Shown here: positions 61,197 to 64,000 of the stretch, piece by piece
How the letters are laid out: each line of letters opens with the position of its first letter
How positions within the stretch are numbered: the stretch's first letter is position 1
Assembly (NCBI GenBank): GCA_902762905.1
Contig: CACWQE010000006.1
Location: 113-64,112, forward strand
Direction of reading: 5' to 3'
From: an uncultured Lachnospiraceae bacterium
Lineage (GTDB): Bacteria; Bacillota; Clostridia; Lachnospirales; Lachnospiraceae
Length of the DNA stretch: 64,000 nucleotides
Notes under the pieces: generated by a model
The model's database searches: none
What the model was told of the DNA's origin: nothing
What the model saw: only the letters and a program-made list of their open reading frames with translations
Program-made: the position numbers and the translations under genes

Positions 61197-62220
61197 CGGT
61201 CACCTCCTCAATCTCTAATCCACAATCCGTCAGATACTGTTCCATATCTACCTGCAGATGCTTATCTTCCGGCAATCCTAATATCATTTCACCCTTGGCT
61301 ACGCCACCGACATTCTTTGTATCCGCCCGGAGAATATTGACCGGTGTTCCAAACTTTAAGATCATATTGGCGATAACCGGTTCAAATGCGGAATTATCTG
61401 AAAAGACAATCCGTATCTTACGTTTGCTTCTTAACTGCTCTACTAAAGCATCCTGTTTACTTTCTATCTCCGTATCCGGGCGATCCCGTAGGATCAGTTC
61501 CTTTGCGGCCTTCGATTTCGGATGATTAAAGATATCTGTCACCAATCCATCTTCTACCAAGGCACCCCGTTCAATGATTGCTACCCGGTTACAGATCTCC
61601 CGAATCACGGACATCTGATGTGTAATGATCACAATCGTAATTCCGAACTGTTCATTGATCTGCTTCAATAATTCCAGAATCGATGCCGTTGTCTGCGGAT
61701 CCAACGCACTCGTTGCTTCATCACAAAGCAGGATCTTTGGATTGGCTGCCAGCGCTCTTGCAATCGCAACTCTCTGCTTCTGTCCACCGGACAGCTGTGC
61801 CGGATACGCTTTCTCTTTCTCTTCTAACCCGACTGTCTTCAGAAGATCTCTTGCCTTTGCTCTCGCTTCTTTCTTCTTCACTCCCTGAATCTGTAATGGG
61901 AAACAGATATTATCTAACACACTCTTTTGCATCAACAGATTGAAATGCTGAAAGATCATTGCAATATCACTTCTCTGTTCCCGAAGTTCTTTCTCATTCA
62001 AAGTTCCCAGATCTTTTCCCTCAATCAACACCTGACCTTCTGTTGGTCGTTCTAAGTAATTCAGACATCGTACCAGGGTACTCTTACCTGCACCTGACAT
62101 TCCAATAATTCCGTAGATATCACCCGATTCAATATTTAAGTTAATGTCCTGTAATGCATGAACCGTAATTCCCTTTTGTTCAAATGTCTTAGACAGATTC
62201 TTTACTTCAATCTCTACCAT
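61183..62220 (-). CDS. metN: Methionine ABC transporter ATP-binding protein with a C-terminal NIL domain
   Basis: Walker A is GMSGAGKST, the signature is LSGGQKQR and Walker B is ILLCDEATSALD. The C-terminal regulatory domain of about 100 aa is typical of MetN. Confidence 0.92.
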   Translation of the reverse strand: MVEIEVKNLSKTFEQKGITVHALQDINLNIESGDIYGIIGMSGAGKSTLVRCLNYLERPTEGQVLIEGKDLGTLNEKELREQRSDIAMIFQHFNLLMQKSVLDNICFPLQIQGVKKKEARAKARDLLKTVGLEEKEKAYPAQLSGGQKQRVAIARALAANPKILLCDEATSALDPQTTASILELLKQINEQFGITIVIITHQMSVIREICNRVAIIERGALVEDGLVTDIFNHPKSKAAKELILRDRPDTEIESKQDALVEQLRSKRKIRIVFSDNSAFEPVIANMILKFGTPVNILRADTKNVGGVAKGEMILGLPEDKHLQVDMEQYLTDCGLEIEEVTGDVE

Positions 62221-62249
62221 ATATCTCTTCCTTCCTGCTCAACGATTCG

Positions 62250-62283
62250 CATAAAAATAAGAACCATCGCGAAGATGGTTCTT
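62250..62283 (-). terminator. Intrinsic terminator in the metN 5' leader
   Basis: The minus-strand RNA AAGAACCAUC-UUCGC-GAUGGUUCUU forms a 10-bp perfect stem followed by AUUUUUAU. It lies about 30 nt upstream of the metN ATG. Confidence 0.8.
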
Positions 62284-62314
62284 ACTGATCCATGATGTTA
62301 TATTCTATACTCAA

Positions 62315-62446
62315 TCAAACCGAAGCATCTAACGCATATTCTCTATTATTCCATTTCACACAACAATCCATACCGCAGCACATACCCATAGTGCCGCCCA
62401 TCATATTGCATGTCATTATGTGATTCATAGAAAATGTTGTTCTCAT
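62315..62446 (-). CDS. 43-codon Met/Cys-rich leader ORF upstream of metNIQ (absent from the ORF track)
   Basis: Hand translation gives MRTTFSMNHIMTCNMMGGTMGMCCGMDCCVKWNNREYALDASV. It has 8 Met and 5 Cys in the first 29 codons. AAAGGAGAA lies about 9-10 nt upstream of the ATG, and the stop lies 32 nt before the terminator stem. Confidence 0.55.
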   Translation of the reverse strand: MRTTFSMNHIMTCNMMGGTMGMCCGMDCCVKWNNREYALDASV

Positions 62447-62516
62447 ATCTCCGGTTCTCCTTTCTGTAATGTCTTACTGTCTTACTGTCATCCGGTAATT
62501 CCTTTTGACATTGCCT

Positions 62517-62546
62517 ATTATAACAAGCTCTCACAGAAAGTGTTAA
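62517..62546 (-). promoter_or_regulatory. Candidate sigma-A promoter of the met leader
   Basis: On the minus strand, TTAACA (62541-62546) is followed by an 18-nt spacer and an extended -10, TGTTATAAT (TATAAT = 62517-62522). Confidence 0.5.
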
Positions 62547-62628
62547 TACTTAAAACCTTTTGTTTGCCATAGTCTTATCCTATAGCAAAACTTTCCTCTC
62601 TCTCCTGCCTTTCATCGTTTACTACTGT

Positions 62629-63999
62629 TTATAATTGTGCCAGATATCCCGGCTCTAAACATTCCAATACCTTTTCCTTCGGCAACGGCTTGGAATAATA
62701 ATAACCCTGGATATAATCCGCTCCCATCTCTGTAATGAGCTGTGCCATGGTAAGATCTTCGATTCCCTCCGTTACCACATCCAGATGAATCTTCTTAAAC
62801 ATAGCAATAATATTCTCTAATATCACCTTTGAAGTCTCATTCTTCATTGCCGCCCATACCAGATATTTATCAATCTTCACGATTGAAAATGGCAGATCAA
62901 CCAGATAATTGATATTGGAATAACCAGAGCCATAATCATCTAAAGAAAAGGACAATCCCGCTGCCTTCATCTTCTTCATATTCCGTATCAGCCGCTCTTC
63001 TGAATACGCCGCTGCACTTTCCGTAATCTCTAAATTGATCATTGCCGGATCAATCTCATATTTACGAAGAATCTGTAAAATATCCTCTCCGATATGCTCC
63101 TGCATACACTGTACAACCGACAGATTCACTTCAATAAATGCAATTCCCTTCTCCTGCAGATGACACTCTTTATAGAATTTACACACCTCTTCTAATACCA
63201 ATAAGCCAATCTTAAGGATCGTACCATTCTTCTCTGCAATGCGTATGAATTCTTCCGGTGACACATAGCCATATCCCGGCACCTCCAATCTAGCCAATGC
63301 TTCCATGGAATGAAATCTTCTCTGCTTTGTATCATAGATTGGCTGATAATGTACTTCAAAAGTATCCCGCTCAATGGAATTGATGATCGCCTGTTCAATT
63401 GCCGCATGACGCGATATTTCCGTTGCACTACTCTCGGTTATCTCGACAAACTGACCTTTTCCCACCTTCTTGGCTTGTTCTACACTGTATTCAATTGCAT
63501 CCTCCAAGCTCTCCTCGGAATGATGAATCGAATGTACCAGACAGATACAGGCACCAAGCTCGGTATCACTGTCATTAAGATGCCACTTCTGATGCAATAT
63601 GTTCTGAATAGTCTCCAACTCCTTCGCTCCCTCTGTTGTCTCCTTCAAGACAATTGCAAACTTGTCCCCACCAAAACGATAGACCGACGAGGTAGAATAC
63701 TGCTTTTGTAATGCCTCCACCAGCATGCGCATCAATTCATTACCACCTGCGATTCCATACACCTCATTAATGATCTTGAAATTATCAAGTGCCAGAACAA
63801 AGATCTGCTCTGGAAAGCTCTTTTTCTTATATGTCTTAATATGATGGGAAAATGCCTGCCGGTTCAATGCTCCTGTTGTGGCATCCACATACATGATCGA
63901 ATTCTCATTTGTCAGATACATAATAAAAATCGTAAGCGCTGTTCCAATTCCTGACAACATGTACTCCGGGATTACAAACTGCACAAGCGTTGGCAGCAA
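62629..63999 (-). CDS. GGDEF-EAL domain protein (N-terminus beyond the window edge)
   Basis: The GGDEF-like domain has the motif RFGGDKFA (E to K). The EAL domain has EALAR, DDYGSGYSN, KIDK and EGIE. The ORF is open to the end of the window. Confidence 0.85.
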   Translation of the reverse strand: MLPTLVQFVIPEYMLSGIGTALTIFIMYLTNENSIMYVDATTGALNRQAFSHHIKTYKKKSFPEQIFVLALDNFKIINEVYGIAGGNELMRMLVEALQKQYSTSSVYRFGGDKFAIVLKETTEGAKELETIQNILHQKWHLNDSDTELGACICLVHSIHHSEESLEDAIEYSVEQAKKVGKGQFVEITESSATEISRHAAIEQAIINSIERDTFEVHYQPIYDTKQRRFHSMEALARLEVPGYGYVSPEEFIRIAEKNGTILKIGLLVLEEVCKFYKECHLQEKGIAFIEVNLSVVQCMQEHIGEDILQILRKYEIDPAMINLEITESAAAYSEERLIRNMKKMKAAGLSFSLDDYGSGYSNINYLVDLPFSIVKIDKYLVWAAMKNETSKVILENIIAMFKKIHLDVVTEGIEDLTMAQLITEMGADYIQGYYYSKPLPKEKVLECLEPGYLAQL

Positions 64000-64000
64000 C

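Noticed and set aside
62346-62534. A 62-aa track ORF (MRACYNRQCQ...) in the metN leader.
   Set aside because: Its start lies upstream of the predicted -10, so it is probably outside the transcript. It has no SD. It is in a different frame from the SD-preceded Met/Cys-rich ORF, and its composition (R/Y/N-rich) looks like an out-of-frame artefact.
62221-62628. I expected a SAM-I (S-box) riboswitch or a Met T-box upstream of metNIQ.
   Set aside because: I could not find the S-box conserved cores, or the T-box GGUGGUACCGCG motif that is obvious in the trp leader at 32567-32585. This search was by eye only and a covariance-model scan is needed.

Overview
This is a 64-kb chromosomal segment from a low- to mid-GC Firmicute. 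Gene content and regulatory style (T-box, TPP riboswitch, CIRCE, cdaA-cdaR, agr-like genes) suggest Clostridia/Lachnospiraceae, but that is inference only. About 58 genes are present and almost all lie on the minus strand; only the EamA gene, agrB/response regulator/kinase and the AraC gene are on plus.

Most of the window is core metabolism and housekeeping:
- clpB with a CIRCE operator
- thiC-thiM-thiE-thiD behind a TPP riboswitch
- nth, an NhaC-type antiporter, and hcp plus a cupin gene
- trpEGDCFBA behind a Trp (UGG) T-box
- two LysR regulators, an aminotransferase, YitT and MATE genes
- gdhA, birA, purA, a Sir2 deacylase, an HPr-like gene and cdaA-cdaR
- metNIQ, and a partial GGDEF-EAL gene at the right edge

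I found no rRNA, tRNA, CRISPR array, transposase or integrase.

The points most worth follow-up:
1. An AT-rich accessory locus (about 4.1-11.4 kb) holds a rearranged agr-type quorum-sensing system. Its 56-aa AgrD-like pro-peptide gene is below the ORF-track cutoff. It sits divergent from agrB / LytTR regulator / AgrC-like kinase and directly upstream of a 5-gene operon: small secreted protein, lipoprotein, two polytopic membrane proteins and a LanF-like ABC ATPase.
2. A 43-codon Met/Cys-rich leader ORF followed by an intrinsic terminator lies upstream of metNIQ, where I could not recognise a SAM riboswitch or T-box. This is a candidate ribosome-mediated sulfur-amino-acid attenuator.
3. A CelC-like GH5 gene is interrupted by an in-frame TAG at codon 15, next to a 1294-aa GH16 multi-CBM beta-glucanase.
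4. There are two unusual in-frame domain fusions: GT4 glycosyltransferase + aldo/keto reductase, and glycerate kinase + alpha/beta-hydrolase-like domain.
5. Several unexplained repeats and hairpins are described in the findings.

All functional calls rest on motif recognition by eye. No database search was run.
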